NCBI GenBank assembly: GCA_041752695.1
Contig: JBGSVZ010000016.1
Location: 9,222 to 73,221, forward strand
Origin: Terrimicrobiaceae bacterium
GTDB taxonomy: Bacteria > Verrucomicrobiota > Verrucomicrobiia > Chthoniobacterales > Terrimicrobiaceae
Direction: 5' to 3'
DNA length: 64,000 bases
This document shows, in pieces, positions 47,153 through 56,776 of this stretch. Position 1 is the first letter of the stretch. Each line of letters begins with the position of its first letter. The notes below the pieces were generated by a model. It was not told the origin of the DNA, made no database searches, and worked only from the letters and a program-made list of their open reading frames with translations. The position numbers and the translations under genes are program-made.

Positions 47153-49756
47153 ATGAGACTACCGGCTTTCCTTTTTCCTGCGATGGCGTTAGCGACTTCC
47201 TTGGGCTCCCTGAGCGCCCAGAATCTGGAGTCCGTCGCTGACCGTGAGATCGTTCGGCGTCAGGAAGACTTGGTCGTCGCCGACCAATTGGTGACCAAAG
47301 GCGACAAGGCCATTGCCGACAAAGACTACGAGACCGCCTACGTCAGCTACCTCGATGCCCTGGATCTGGTTCCTGCTGGGTCGGCCAGCGGTTCGATGCG
47401 TGCGTCCACCTTGGACAAATTCAGCCGGGCCTCGATTTCCTACGCGGAACATCTCATTGCGACGGGAAGGTATAGCGACGCGGAGAAAGTGGCAAAAACT
47501 GTTCTGCAACCCCGGTACAATCCCTCCTACAAGCCAGCCGTTCAGCTCCTGGCGAACCTCGAGCAACCCGATTATTACAACAAGACAGTAACTCCGGGGT
47601 CTGCGGCTGACACGGAGGAAGTCACCCGGCTCCTTTATGAAGCCGAGGGATATTATCAGACCGGTCGCTTTGATCTGGCGATGAAACGCTACGAACAGGT
47701 TCTCAATATTGATCGCTACAATATTGCGGCCCGCAAGGGCATGGAGCAGGTGAACCTCGATAAATCGAAGTATTACGGCAACGCCTACAACGAAACCCGC
47801 AGCCGCATGCTGTGGGAGGTCGACCAGACTTGGGAGCGACCTGTTCGCCGTTTTCAGGGCGGACGTACTACCTCTGTCGGGGCCGTCAACCGTACGGGGA
47901 TCCGCGGCACGGAAGCAATTGTTAACAAGCTGAATCGCATCATCATCCCGCGCATTGATCTGCAGGATGCGACTGTCCGGGAAGCGGTGGATTTTCTCAA
48001 ACAGCGCAGCAAAGATTTGGACACTACGACGGATAACCCACAGGATCGCCGGGGAGTTAACATCGTTCTTAAACTCGAAAGCGCGGGTCCCGCTCCTGTC
48101 GTTGATCCTGCCGCGCCCCCAGCCGACCCTGCAGCACCGGCACCTACCATGGGAGGCAACGAGAACACCAAAATTACTCTCGCCCTCACCAACGTTCCTC
48201 TCATTGAGGCCTTGCGTTATTTGACGGAACTTTCCGGGTTGAAGTACAAAATCGACCCCTATGCCGTCTCCATTGTGCCTCTCTCGGAAAACACCACGGA
48301 TTTGGTGACGAAGGAATACCGCGTGCCTCCCGGATTTATCCCCACGGATGCTGCCGGTGAAGGATCTGACCCAGCTCCCGGTGTGGTAACTGCCGATACG
48401 TCCGTCCGGCGGATCGGTGCCCGCACTGACGCCAAGACCTATCTTGCCCAGAGCGGTGTGCCATTTCCCACCGGTGCCTTTGCTCAATATGTTCCGGCTG
48501 GTAGTAAGTTGATCGTGCGTAACACCCCGGATGCGATTGATCTAGTCGATTTCATCGTGGACGCGGCCGTCGGTGTTCAGCCTACCCAGGTCGAGATCGA
48601 GTCGAAGTTTCTGGAGATTACCCAGAACAATCTGAAAGAGCTCGGATTTGATTGGCTGGTCGGTCCCTTCTCGATAGGGGGTGGCGTGTATGGCGCCGGG
48701 GGAACCCAGGGTTCTGGAACCAATGCGGATCCCACCTCGCCAAACCCTGCGAATTTCCCCTTCACCTCCGGTGGCGCGCCTATCGGCGCTTCGGGAGCTC
48801 CCAATGGTGGTTATCCCCTCACGGGTGGCCTGCGCACCGGGGTTGGCACGAGCACGGCCTCAGCGGTTTCCGCGAACAGTATTGATGCGCTTTTGGCAGG
48901 GGTCTTGCCCGGCGCAAATTTTGCCGCACCAGCCATCTTCGGCGTTTCCGGAATCTTTACGAATCCCCAGTTCCAGGTCGTGATCCGTGCTCTGGACCAA
49001 AAGAAAGGTGTCGATCTGATGTCCGCTCCGAAAGTCACCACCAAGAGCGGCCACAAAGCCATCGTTCGGGTTGTTCGGGAGTTCCCTTACCCCACGGAGT
49101 TTAATCCGCCGGAGCCTCCTCCTCCCTCCACTGGTGGCGGCAGCGGTGGCGTCATCGTTTTGTCTCCCGGGAGTATCATCACGACGGGTGTGGTTACGCC
49201 TACGACCCCCACGGCATTCGAAACACGCAACTTGGGTGTGACCTTGGAAGTTGAACCGGTGGTCGGACCCGATGGCTACACGATCGATCTCAATCTCTCG
49301 CCAGAGGTGGTCGAGTTCGACGGGTTCGTCAACTATGGCTCACCGATCTTTGGTGCCCAATACAACCCGCTGACTTTTTCAATCGATACACCGGTCCTCA
49401 CGGAAAACGTGATCAATCAGCCGATCTTCTCGACCCGCAAAGTGACGACCAGCGTGAGCATCTGGGATGGCCAGACGATCGCCCTCGGCGGACTGATCCG
49501 CGAAGACGTTCAAAAAGTGCAGGACAAGGTCCCGCTCCTAGGGGATATCCCCTTGGCCGGCCGATTGTTCCGTTCCAATGTTGATCAGAAAATCAAACGC
49601 AACTTGATCATCTTCGTAACTGCCCGACTCATGGACGCGGAAGGTCGTCCGGTTCGTCAGGAGGACGAGACGGAAGAAATTGTGGAACCGCTTGGCCTCC
49701 CTCAGGAAGTGCCGGCCCCTGTCTTCGATCTCGGAAAAGGCAGCCCCGGCAAATAA
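47153..49756 (+). CDS. Secretin (Amuc_1098/PilQ-like) copy 2
   Basis: Same motifs (QVEIESKF, DLMSAPKVTT, KVPLLGDIPLAGRLF); start 47126 or 47153 gives signal peptide. Confidence 0.93.
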   Translation: MRLPAFLFPAMALATSLGSLSAQNLESVADREIVRRQEDLVVADQLVTKGDKAIADKDYETAYVSYLDALDLVPAGSASGSMRASTLDKFSRASISYAEHLIATGRYSDAEKVAKTVLQPRYNPSYKPAVQLLANLEQPDYYNKTVTPGSAADTEEVTRLLYEAEGYYQTGRFDLAMKRYEQVLNIDRYNIAARKGMEQVNLDKSKYYGNAYNETRSRMLWEVDQTWERPVRRFQGGRTTSVGAVNRTGIRGTEAIVNKLNRIIIPRIDLQDATVREAVDFLKQRSKDLDTTTDNPQDRRGVNIVLKLESAGPAPVVDPAAPPADPAAPAPTMGGNENTKITLALTNVPLIEALRYLTELSGLKYKIDPYAVSIVPLSENTTDLVTKEYRVPPGFIPTDAAGEGSDPAPGVVTADTSVRRIGARTDAKTYLAQSGVPFPTGAFAQYVPAGSKLIVRNTPDAIDLVDFIVDAAVGVQPTQVEIESKFLEITQNNLKELGFDWLVGPFSIGGGVYGAGGTQGSGTNADPTSPNPANFPFTSGGAPIGASGAPNGGYPLTGGLRTGVGTSTASAVSANSIDALLAGVLPGANFAAPAIFGVSGIFTNPQFQVVIRALDQKKGVDLMSAPKVTTKSGHKAIVRVVREFPYPTEFNPPEPPPPSTGGGSGGVIVLSPGSIITTGVVTPTTPTAFETRNLGVTLEVEPVVGPDGYTIDLNLSPEVVEFDGFVNYGSPIFGAQYNPLTFSIDTPVLTENVINQPIFSTRKVTTSVSIWDGQTIALGGLIREDVQKVQDKVPLLGDIPLAGRLFRSNVDQKIKRNLIIFVTARLMDAEGRPVRQEDETEEIVEPLGLPQEVPAPVFDLGKGSPGK

Positions 49757-49768
49757 ATCCTTGCTCCT

Positions 49769-49796
49769 TCCCCTGCTTTCTTTGGAAAGCGGGGGA
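49769..49796 (+). terminator. Stem-loop after secretin 2 (no U-tract)
   Basis: tcccctgctttc-tttg-gaaagcggggga, 12-bp stem with one G-U. Confidence 0.45.
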
Positions 49797-49830
49797 TGGC
49801 GGGTTCCGGGCAACAGGAAACGACGCTGTC

Positions 49831-50433
49831 ATGCCCCTCATTGGAATCACTGGTGGAATTGCGTCAGGGAAGTCCACCTTTCGAAAGCTTCTGCTCGAAC
49901 GTATCGAAGCAGACGCCTTTGACACTGATGCGTGTGCGCGCGAGCTTCTTGATGAGGATGATTCCATTCGCGAGCAAGTTTTGGAACGCGTCCATCCCCA
50001 AGCCTACGGGGAGGAGGGAAAACCTAACCGCGCCCTACTGCGCGAACTGATCTACAAGGATGCTGCGAAAAAGCGGACGCTCGAGGGCATTCTCCATCCC
50101 ATGATCCGTGATCGATGGTCGCGTCAGGCCCGGGAGGCAGCGGCAGTGAATCGCCTTTTTGTCGTGGATATCCCACTGCTTTTTGAGACGAAGGCTGAAT
50201 CGCTCTTCGATAAGATTGTCACCGTGGCGTGTTCGCTCGAGATTCAGCTCTCCCGCCTGGAACAGAACCGAAAACTACCCCGGGAAATTTCCGAGAAAAT
50301 CATTGCTTCCCAGATGCCGATGGGGGTGAAAATCTCCCGGTCTCACCACGTCGTCTGGAACGAAGGCGCTCTGGAAAGCCTGACGACCCAAACCGATTTC
50401 CTAGCCCGCCATTTGCATGACCGATACGGTTGA
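49831..50433 (+). CDS. coaE: Dephospho-CoA kinase
   Basis: IGITGGIASGKST, LEGILHP, DIPLLFE, IASQM. Confidence 0.95.
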   Translation: MPLIGITGGIASGKSTFRKLLLERIEADAFDTDACARELLDEDDSIREQVLERVHPQAYGEEGKPNRALLRELIYKDAAKKRTLEGILHPMIRDRWSRQAREAAAVNRLFVVDIPLLFETKAESLFDKIVTVACSLEIQLSRLEQNRKLPREISEKIIASQMPMGVKISRSHHVVWNEGALESLTTQTDFLARHLHDRYG

Positions 50434-51718
50434 AAATTCTTCTCCTCCGCCCGCGTTGGAGCCCTTGTGTTTAAACACGCTCCAAACCCTGAGTCTGGAG
50501 AAGCTCCTTGCCCGCGCGGCGGAGCTTGGTATCCGGCTGCGTCCGGATAGCTCGCGCCACCATCTGGTCCTCGACCAGGCGAAGCTGCAGCTCGGGCAGG
50601 GTGGGGTCGTTCTGGCCACGGGTCTTCTGGAGGTGACCGGAGATAGCGGCGTGCTGCGCTGGCCGGCGTTTAATCTGCGGCCGGGTCCGGAAGACGTCCT
50701 GGTTCCAGCGTCGCTCCTGCGGCCTTTGGATCTGCGGTCGGGTCTTTTCCTTCATTGTTCGCTTCGGTTGCCCAAGGACCGTGAGCGGGGGCTTGTGGTC
50801 GAAGCGATTCTGGACATCGAGGGAATTCCCGTTGGGGAATGGCAGGCCCCGGCAGATTTTGAAAAGCTGACACCGCTCTTCCCTAATCGCCGGGTTTTTC
50901 TGGATGCGGCGCAGAGTTCCTCCCTGAGCGCGCGTGCGGTGGATCTGATTGCTCCGCTGGGCATGGGCCAGCGGGGTTTGATTGTGGCTCCGCCCCGGGC
51001 CGGAAAAACGCTTATGCTGAAGGCCATTGCCAAGGCAATCCGGGCGAATCACCCGAAGGTGGCGCTTATTCTGCTCCTGGTGGACGAACGTCCCGAGGAG
51101 GTGACGGATCTGCGCCGCGATCTCGACTGTGAAATTTATAGTTCGACTTTTGATGAGGCGGTCGCCCGCCACGTCCAGGTCTGTGAAGCTGTTTCCGAAC
51201 GCGCCAAACGCCTGGTCGAACTGCGCAAGGATGTGATTATTCTGGTGGACTCGATCACCCGGATGGCGCGCGGTTACAATAATCTCCAGCCGGGCAAAGG
51301 CCGGACGATGAGCGGGGGCGTTGACACCAAGGCCCTCTCCCGACCGCGGAAGTTTTTCGGCTCCGCCCGCAATGTGGAGGAGGGCGGCAGCCTCACCATT
51401 CTGGCCACCGCGCTGGTGGAAACCCAGAGCCGGATGGATGACCTGATCTTTGAGGAGTTTAAAGGCACCGGAAATATGGAGGTCCACCTGGACCGGTCGA
51501 TTGCCGAGCAGCGAATTTTTCCCGCCATTCACATCGTCAAATCCGGCACGCGGCGTGAGGAACTGCTGTACCATCCCGACGAGTATGAACGTGTGGTGCA
51601 AATCCGGCGTCAGCTTTCCGAACTTCCCGCGGCCGAGGCCATGGAAGTGCTCATGACCAATCTTCAGCATACCCGGTCCAATGCCGAGTTGCTGCTCGCA
51701 GGACTCAAGGGGGTCTGA
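50417..51718 (+). CDS. rho: Transcription termination factor Rho (divergent N-terminus)
   Basis: [53 protein letters not shown]. Confidence 0.95.
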   Translation: MTDTVENSSPPPALEPLCLNTLQTLSLEKLLARAAELGIRLRPDSSRHHLVLDQAKLQLGQGGVVLATGLLEVTGDSGVLRWPAFNLRPGPEDVLVPASLLRPLDLRSGLFLHCSLRLPKDRERGLVVEAILDIEGIPVGEWQAPADFEKLTPLFPNRRVFLDAAQSSSLSARAVDLIAPLGMGQRGLIVAPPRAGKTLMLKAIAKAIRANHPKVALILLLVDERPEEVTDLRRDLDCEIYSSTFDEAVARHVQVCEAVSERAKRLVELRKDVIILVDSITRMARGYNNLQPGKGRTMSGGVDTKALSRPRKFFGSARNVEEGGSLTILATALVETQSRMDDLIFEEFKGTGNMEVHLDRSIAEQRIFPAIHIVKSGTRREELLYHPDEYERVVQIRRQLSELPAAEAMEVLMTNLQHTRSNAELLLAGLKGV

Positions 51719-51730
51719 AGAAGCGGTTGA

Positions 51731-51854
51731 AACCACGGATGGGCCAAGCACGGAAATTCGGGCACCTGCGACGTACTCCTGGCCCCACGAAGCGGGAGCA
51801 TCTGAACAAGCATATCGTCTCGTGCAGCATCCGTGTTAATCCGTGAGATCCGTA
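51731..51854. repeat. REP-like intergenic element, same family as 27607-27782
   Basis: aaccacggat..cacgga at 51731; atccgtgtta atccgtgag atccgta at 51829-51854. Confidence 0.7.
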
Positions 51855-53189
51855 GATTTTTTTCCTGCTGGCCTTAAGCGAACCGCCCCTCTGTTGCTTG
51901 CCCTGCTTTTGGTTTTCGGCTCCCTACTGTTTTTGAGTCGTGCGATGGACCATGGCGTTCGGGTCAATCGGGATATCGATCGCACAGATCAAGGAGCCTA
52001 TATCGAGCAGGGCATCGCCATGCGGGACAGCGACTACGCCTACCTGAATCCTCGCAATCGCATGCCGCTTTATCCCGGCCTTCTGTCGCTGTTTATGGAG
52101 AAGGGGGCGAAGCCCGATGCGTTTTTTCCGACGGCGAAACACATCAATACGGCTCTCGCTTTTGCCGGCCTGATTTTTGTCGGTGCGGTATTTCTCAGGA
52201 AATTTCCGCGGCATCATGCCCTGAACATTCTTTTCCTTGCCGCGTTTACCGTTTTCCTCTTCAAGGCGGCTTATGTGCAGGCGGAGGTCCTTTATTATTT
52301 CCTCACCTTTGCCGTCTTTCTGCTCTGCTGGCGACTGTTCGGCCGGCCGGGATTCTGGACGGCGGTGTTGGCGGGCGGGTTATTGGGTCTGGCGCATCTG
52401 ACAAAAGCGTCCGTTCTGCCCGGGCTATTAGTTGTCCTGGTCTTTCTGCCACTGGACGGGCTCTGGCAACGCTGGAAATCGAATTTTCCCCCGCTGGGAA
52501 AAGTCGGGGCGGCGATTCTGGTGACGGTGGTATTTCTGGCGTCGGTTTACCCCTATATCGCTAATAGCAAAAAGGTCTTCGGGCGTTATTTTTACAATGT
52601 AAACTCCACTTTTTACATGTGGACGGATTCCTGGAAGGAGGCCAAAGCGCGCACGCGAGCGGCCGGGGACCGCAAAGGGTGGCCCGATCTTCCCGCTGAC
52701 CAGATTCCCAGTTTTTCCAATTACCTGAAGACGCATTCCGCGGGGGAAATCGCCTGGCGAATCGTCAAAGGCATCTCGGTGGTTTTTAACTCCATGAGAG
52801 GCAGCTACGGGTATTTGGGTATTTGTCTGGCCTACCTGGCCTTTGCCGCGTTTTTAGTCGCCTGGAAATGGCGGTTGGCCCTTCGGCTCTTTCTGCGACG
52901 TCCTTTCCCTCCGCTTGCCCTGTTGGCGTATTTTGGCGGCTATTATCTGCTGGTGGCGTGGTATAGTTCGATCATCAGTGGGAACCGGTTTATTCTCGGC
53001 CTCTTCCTGCCCTTTCTATTTACCGTCTCCGCGATCATTGTCGTGCTCGCCCCGCGCCTTCGCTGGTCGTGGCAGGGGAGGGAGCTTAACGCGTTCTCGG
53101 TTTTTAATGGGCTGATGTCAGTTTGGATTGCAGTGGAAATTGCGGTGATCTGCGTCTGGCGCATATCGTCCGACTACGGGGGGAGTTAG
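51843..53189 (+). CDS. GT-C/ArnT-like polytopic membrane protein (start uncertain)
   Basis: DQGAY, RMPLYPGLL, QAEVLY, GLAHLTKAS, C-terminal RF motif; many TMs. Confidence 0.65.
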   Translation: MRSVDFFPAGLKRTAPLLLALLLVFGSLLFLSRAMDHGVRVNRDIDRTDQGAYIEQGIAMRDSDYAYLNPRNRMPLYPGLLSLFMEKGAKPDAFFPTAKHINTALAFAGLIFVGAVFLRKFPRHHALNILFLAAFTVFLFKAAYVQAEVLYYFLTFAVFLLCWRLFGRPGFWTAVLAGGLLGLAHLTKASVLPGLLVVLVFLPLDGLWQRWKSNFPPLGKVGAAILVTVVFLASVYPYIANSKKVFGRYFYNVNSTFYMWTDSWKEAKARTRAAGDRKGWPDLPADQIPSFSNYLKTHSAGEIAWRIVKGISVVFNSMRGSYGYLGICLAYLAFAAFLVAWKWRLALRLFLRRPFPPLALLAYFGGYYLLVAWYSSIISGNRFILGLFLPFLFTVSAIIVVLAPRLRWSWQGRELNAFSVFNGLMSVWIAVEIAVICVWRISSDYGGS

Positions 53190-53798
53190 TCCCGGAAGCG
53201 GGGCGGGAGATCCGGGAACACGGTGCGCGGTGAAACGCACAAAAAGATACCCGGCCACGCACCCTCCCAGATGAGCGGCATGCCCGATTACTGGCATCAG
53301 ACCGGTGACTAGGAAAAACAGCGACGAACCGGCGAGGCCCCAGCCGAGGTATTTCGCCCGAAGTGGGACCGGGATAAAAAACAGCAGCGCGACGATCTTC
53401 GACTCCGGAAAGATGGTGGTAAAAGCGATGATCACCCCGAACACCGCGCCCGAGGCACCGATCAAGGCGGCCCCGTGGCCAAGCGCGAGTTGAAAGACTC
53501 CGCCCGCCACTGCGGCGATCGCGTACAGCGCCAGAAACCGCCAGGTTCCCATCACCCGCTCCACCACGCGTCCGGCGAACCACAGGCCCATCATGTTGAA
53601 GAGCAGGTGGAGGGTGTTTCCATGGAGGAAGGCATGGGTGATAAACTGCCACCAGCCGCCAGCTTCCAGCCCCGGCACGCTCAGCGCGTAGGTGCCGAGG
53701 AATCGCGGGGGCGCCAGCGTGATCTGGTAAAGAAACACGAGCACGTTCACGCCGATCAGGACTGGCACGGCCTTGAGCGGCCTTCCCATAGGGTTCAT
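53118..53798 (-). CDS. Rhomboid intramembrane serine protease
   Basis: WQFITHAFLHG, HLLFNM, GASG, AHLGG; ATG 53798. Confidence 0.92.
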   Translation of the reverse strand: MNPMGRPLKAVPVLIGVNVLVFLYQITLAPPRFLGTYALSVPGLEAGGWWQFITHAFLHGNTLHLLFNMMGLWFAGRVVERVMGTWRFLALYAIAAVAGGVFQLALGHGAALIGASGAVFGVIIAFTTIFPESKIVALLFFIPVPLRAKYLGWGLAGSSLFFLVTGLMPVIGHAAHLGGCVAGYLFVRFTAHRVPGSPAPLPGLTPPVVGRYAPDADHRNFHCNPN

Positions 53799-53806
53799 GC
53801 GGGAAA

Positions 53807-54709
53807 TTAGACGCGATTGGCCTCCTCGTCCACTGCGGGCGCGGGAACAAGCACGTTGAGTTTGCGCGACGAGAAGCCCAACTCGCAGGGAAGGGCTCCG
53901 GAGAGTTCCCCGTCGAGCTCCATCGGCACGTATTCGCGACTCATCAATCGCAGGCCCCGGGTTTGAAAATATTCCACGTCGGGGAGGCCGGGATGATTGC
54001 CGAAGGCAATGGCCTGAAAATACCGGATGAGGTCCCAATGACTTTGATTTTTGAAAACCAGGACATCGAGCAGCCCGTCGTCCAATTTGGCATCTTTGAA
54101 AAGCACGAAGGGTCCCCCGTATAACCGTCCGTTCCCCACCAGGACAAAGCTGCCCTCCCGCGGGGGACCGTCCACAGGGTCCAGGTGGACAATGGGCGGT
54201 TTGCGTGCCGCCACCTGCGCCAACGTGATCAAATAGCTCATCGGGCCCAGTGCCTTTTTGGAGTCTGGAGTGGTGCGTTGTACCACCTCGGCATCGAGGC
54301 CGGCACCGGCCAGTTGCACAAAATACTCTCCTCCCGCCCGGGGCAGGTCGACGGGCCGGACAAATCCGCCGTCGATAATCCGCCAGGCAGCGGGCAGGTC
54401 GTTTTGCGGGATTCCCAGTTCGGTGGCGAAGACGTTCATGGTTCCCACCGGGAGGATGCCGAATTTTACTTCGGCCCCGGCAATGCCGTTCACCACTTCG
54501 TTGACGGTACCGTCCCCGCCGGCCGCCACGATGGTGGTGTACCCGTCTTCCACGGCCCGGGCGGCCATGGTTCTCGCGTCCCCCGGGGATGAGGTGGTCT
54601 GCACCACCGCCCTCAGGGAAAACGCCTTGATTTTGTCGCGTTGGGCATTGGCCCGCTCCCCGCGTGCCGCGGGATTTAAGATGACGAGGATTTTTTGATT
54701 TTTCTTCAC
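53807..54709 (-). CDS. Diacylglycerol/lipid kinase family (YegS-like)
   Basis: ILNPAA, AGGDGTVNEV, LPVGTMN, GNGRLYGG, DDGLLDV, LDGE. Confidence 0.92.
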   Translation of the reverse strand: MKKNQKILVILNPAARGERANAQRDKIKAFSLRAVVQTTSSPGDARTMAARAVEDGYTTIVAAGGDGTVNEVVNGIAGAEVKFGILPVGTMNVFATELGIPQNDLPAAWRIIDGGFVRPVDLPRAGGEYFVQLAGAGLDAEVVQRTTPDSKKALGPMSYLITLAQVAARKPPIVHLDPVDGPPREGSFVLVGNGRLYGGPFVLFKDAKLDDGLLDVLVFKNQSHWDLIRYFQAIAFGNHPGLPDVEYFQTRGLRLMSREYVPMELDGELSGALPCELGFSSRKLNVLVPAPAVDEEANRV

Positions 54710-54745
54710 ACTTCACTTTCTGCCGAACTCGCGTACCTTCCCGGG

Positions 54746-56134
54746 GTGCCCAAATTAGCCAAGCGATTTTTCGTAGCAGCGGCCGCCTTCGCCGGGGTCA
54801 TCGCTCTTGTTCTGCTCTGCATCAACCTTTATTTACAATCCGGAGGCGTTCAGCAGCGTCTCCGGACCGCCGTCGAGCGGTCGCTGGGCACGGAAATCAA
54901 GATTCGAAACACCTCCTACACGCCGTGGGGCGGCCTCAGTCTGCGCGGTCTCAGCATCCCGGATCCCACCGCGCCCGAGCGCAATATCGTCGAGGCGAGC
55001 GGCGTGCGTGTCCGCTTTCTTCTCTGGCCCCTCCTGCAGCAGCGTTTTATCGTGCGGGAAGCCCTGCTCATCGAACCCACCCTGATCGTCCGGCAGGCGG
55101 CCGACGGCAACTGGATTCTGCCCTTGCCCTCACGGCGTCCGAAAGATGTGGAGGTGCCAGGCGCGCCGGCAGGCCCGTCGATTAAGGGGCCTTCTTTCCG
55201 TGGGGAAGTGGATGGAATCCGGCTGACGGAAGGCACGGTCGTCTTCATTGACGCCAAAAGCCGCCCGGTCCTCTCCCTCGAAAAAGTCGATATCGACGCG
55301 AAGGTTCTGGATGGTCGCAAGGCCGAAGGCACCTTCTATGTCGCGAGGATGGAGGTGTCCGGCTCGCTCAAACCCAACAAAATCGGCGGTCCATTCACCT
55401 GGGACGGCACAGTGCTCGATTTTCCGGACATTAAAGGGATGCTGGCCGGAGGAAATCTCACCGCGTCCTATCGGCTGGATACCGGGAGCGAACCGTCTTA
55501 CGCCCTTTCTGCCAATCTGGCTGGCGTGATGTTAAAAAAACTCTTCGAGGATGCCCACGTGGAACCGGGTAAGACGGACGGACAATTGCAAGGCACGCTC
55601 AACCTCACCGGCGATCCCCGTCACAGCGATTCCGTGGCGGGCAAGGGGCACTTCGAACTCATTTCCGCCCGGCTCCGGCCCATGGAGTTTCTGGTCAAAC
55701 TCGGAGAGCTTTTCCAGATCGACGAACTCCAACTCCTCAAACTCCACGATGCCAAGGTGGATCTGACCATTGGCAATGAGCGGGTGACGATCGATGACCT
55801 CATTCTCAAATCGGAAAATCTCATCATCACGGGCACCGGGCCGATCAAGTTTAATGGGAAGCTTGATCTGGACGCCCGCCTTCTCGTCAACGCCAAGCTC
55901 CAGAAACAATTGAAAGGCCTGCTGGGCGAAAATTTTGTCGAGTCCGAAATTCCCGAGTATCGTCAGGTGACGTTCGAGGTCACGGGAAAGGTGGACAATC
56001 CGCAGACGAACCTGCTGGAAAAAATCACCGGCGTGAAAATGGGCGGTGGGGTCCCGGGCATTCTGAAAAATCTTTTCCAATCGATCCCGACCCAAAAGAA
56101 AAAAACGGGTGACAAAAAGGATGCCGAGAAATAG
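54746..56134 (+). CDS. AsmA-like family protein
   Basis: N-terminal TM, beta-rich body, C-terminal VTGKVDNPQ; GTG 54746. Confidence 0.75.
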   Translation: MPKLAKRFFVAAAAFAGVIALVLLCINLYLQSGGVQQRLRTAVERSLGTEIKIRNTSYTPWGGLSLRGLSIPDPTAPERNIVEASGVRVRFLLWPLLQQRFIVREALLIEPTLIVRQAADGNWILPLPSRRPKDVEVPGAPAGPSIKGPSFRGEVDGIRLTEGTVVFIDAKSRPVLSLEKVDIDAKVLDGRKAEGTFYVARMEVSGSLKPNKIGGPFTWDGTVLDFPDIKGMLAGGNLTASYRLDTGSEPSYALSANLAGVMLKKLFEDAHVEPGKTDGQLQGTLNLTGDPRHSDSVAGKGHFELISARLRPMEFLVKLGELFQIDELQLLKLHDAKVDLTIGNERVTIDDLILKSENLIITGTGPIKFNGKLDLDARLLVNAKLQKQLKGLLGENFVESEIPEYRQVTFEVTGKVDNPQTNLLEKITGVKMGGGVPGILKNLFQSIPTQKKKTGDKKDAEK

Positions 56135-56224
56135 CGGTCGTCCCTCCGTTCTCGCCCAAATGCGCGCCACGACTGGCGGAGCGCTTCCTCTTGGCCATTT
56201 CCCCTGTCACCTGGCCCTCCCACC

Positions 56225-56776
56225 ATGCGCATCATAGCCGGCGAAGCCCGCGGCCTGCCGCTGACGCCTCCCCCCGACGGGGTTCGTCCCACCATGGACC
56301 GCGTGCGCGCGGCCATTTTTTCCAGCCTGGGCGATGCCGTGCCTGGCGCGAGGGTGTTGGATCTTTTTTCCGGGTCCGGTGGCATGGGCATCGAGGCACT
56401 CAGTCGCGGCGCGGCCTCCGCCGTCTTTGTGGATCTCCATCCGCGCTCCGTTTCCTGCACGAGGGATAATTTGCGCCGTTCCAAGCTCGAAGGTTCGGTG
56501 CAGACCATGGATGCCTTGAAATTTCTTGAGCTCTATGGCGCGGAAAATTTCGACCTGATCTTCGCCGATCCTCCCTACACGAAAGGTGCCCAGGATCGCG
56601 ACTTCGCCTCGGAGCTTCTTGCCTCTCCGCATCTGGTCACGGCCCTGGCGCCTCATGGGACTTTTGTTCTGGAGCGCTTTCCGGTCAGAACGGAGCCCGT
56701 TTCCTGTCTGCTTTCCTTGCTCCGCAGTCGCCGCTATGGCGCGAGCGAGGTGGCGTATTACACGCACCCCGCATGA
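56225..56776 (+). CDS. rsmD: 16S rRNA m2G966 methyltransferase
   Basis: MRIIAG, RPTMDRVR, LDLFSGSG, EALSRGA, DPPY. Confidence 0.95.
   Translation: MRIIAGEARGLPLTPPPDGVRPTMDRVRAAIFSSLGDAVPGARVLDLFSGSGGMGIEALSRGAASAVFVDLHPRSVSCTRDNLRRSKLEGSVQTMDALKFLELYGAENFDLIFADPPYTKGAQDRDFASELLASPHLVTALAPHGTFVLERFPVRTEPVSCLLSLLRSRRYGASEVAYYTHPA

Noticed and set aside
53118..54716. 532-aa extended rhomboid
   Set aside because: N-terminal part is an off-frame read of the lipid kinase gene; real start about 53798.
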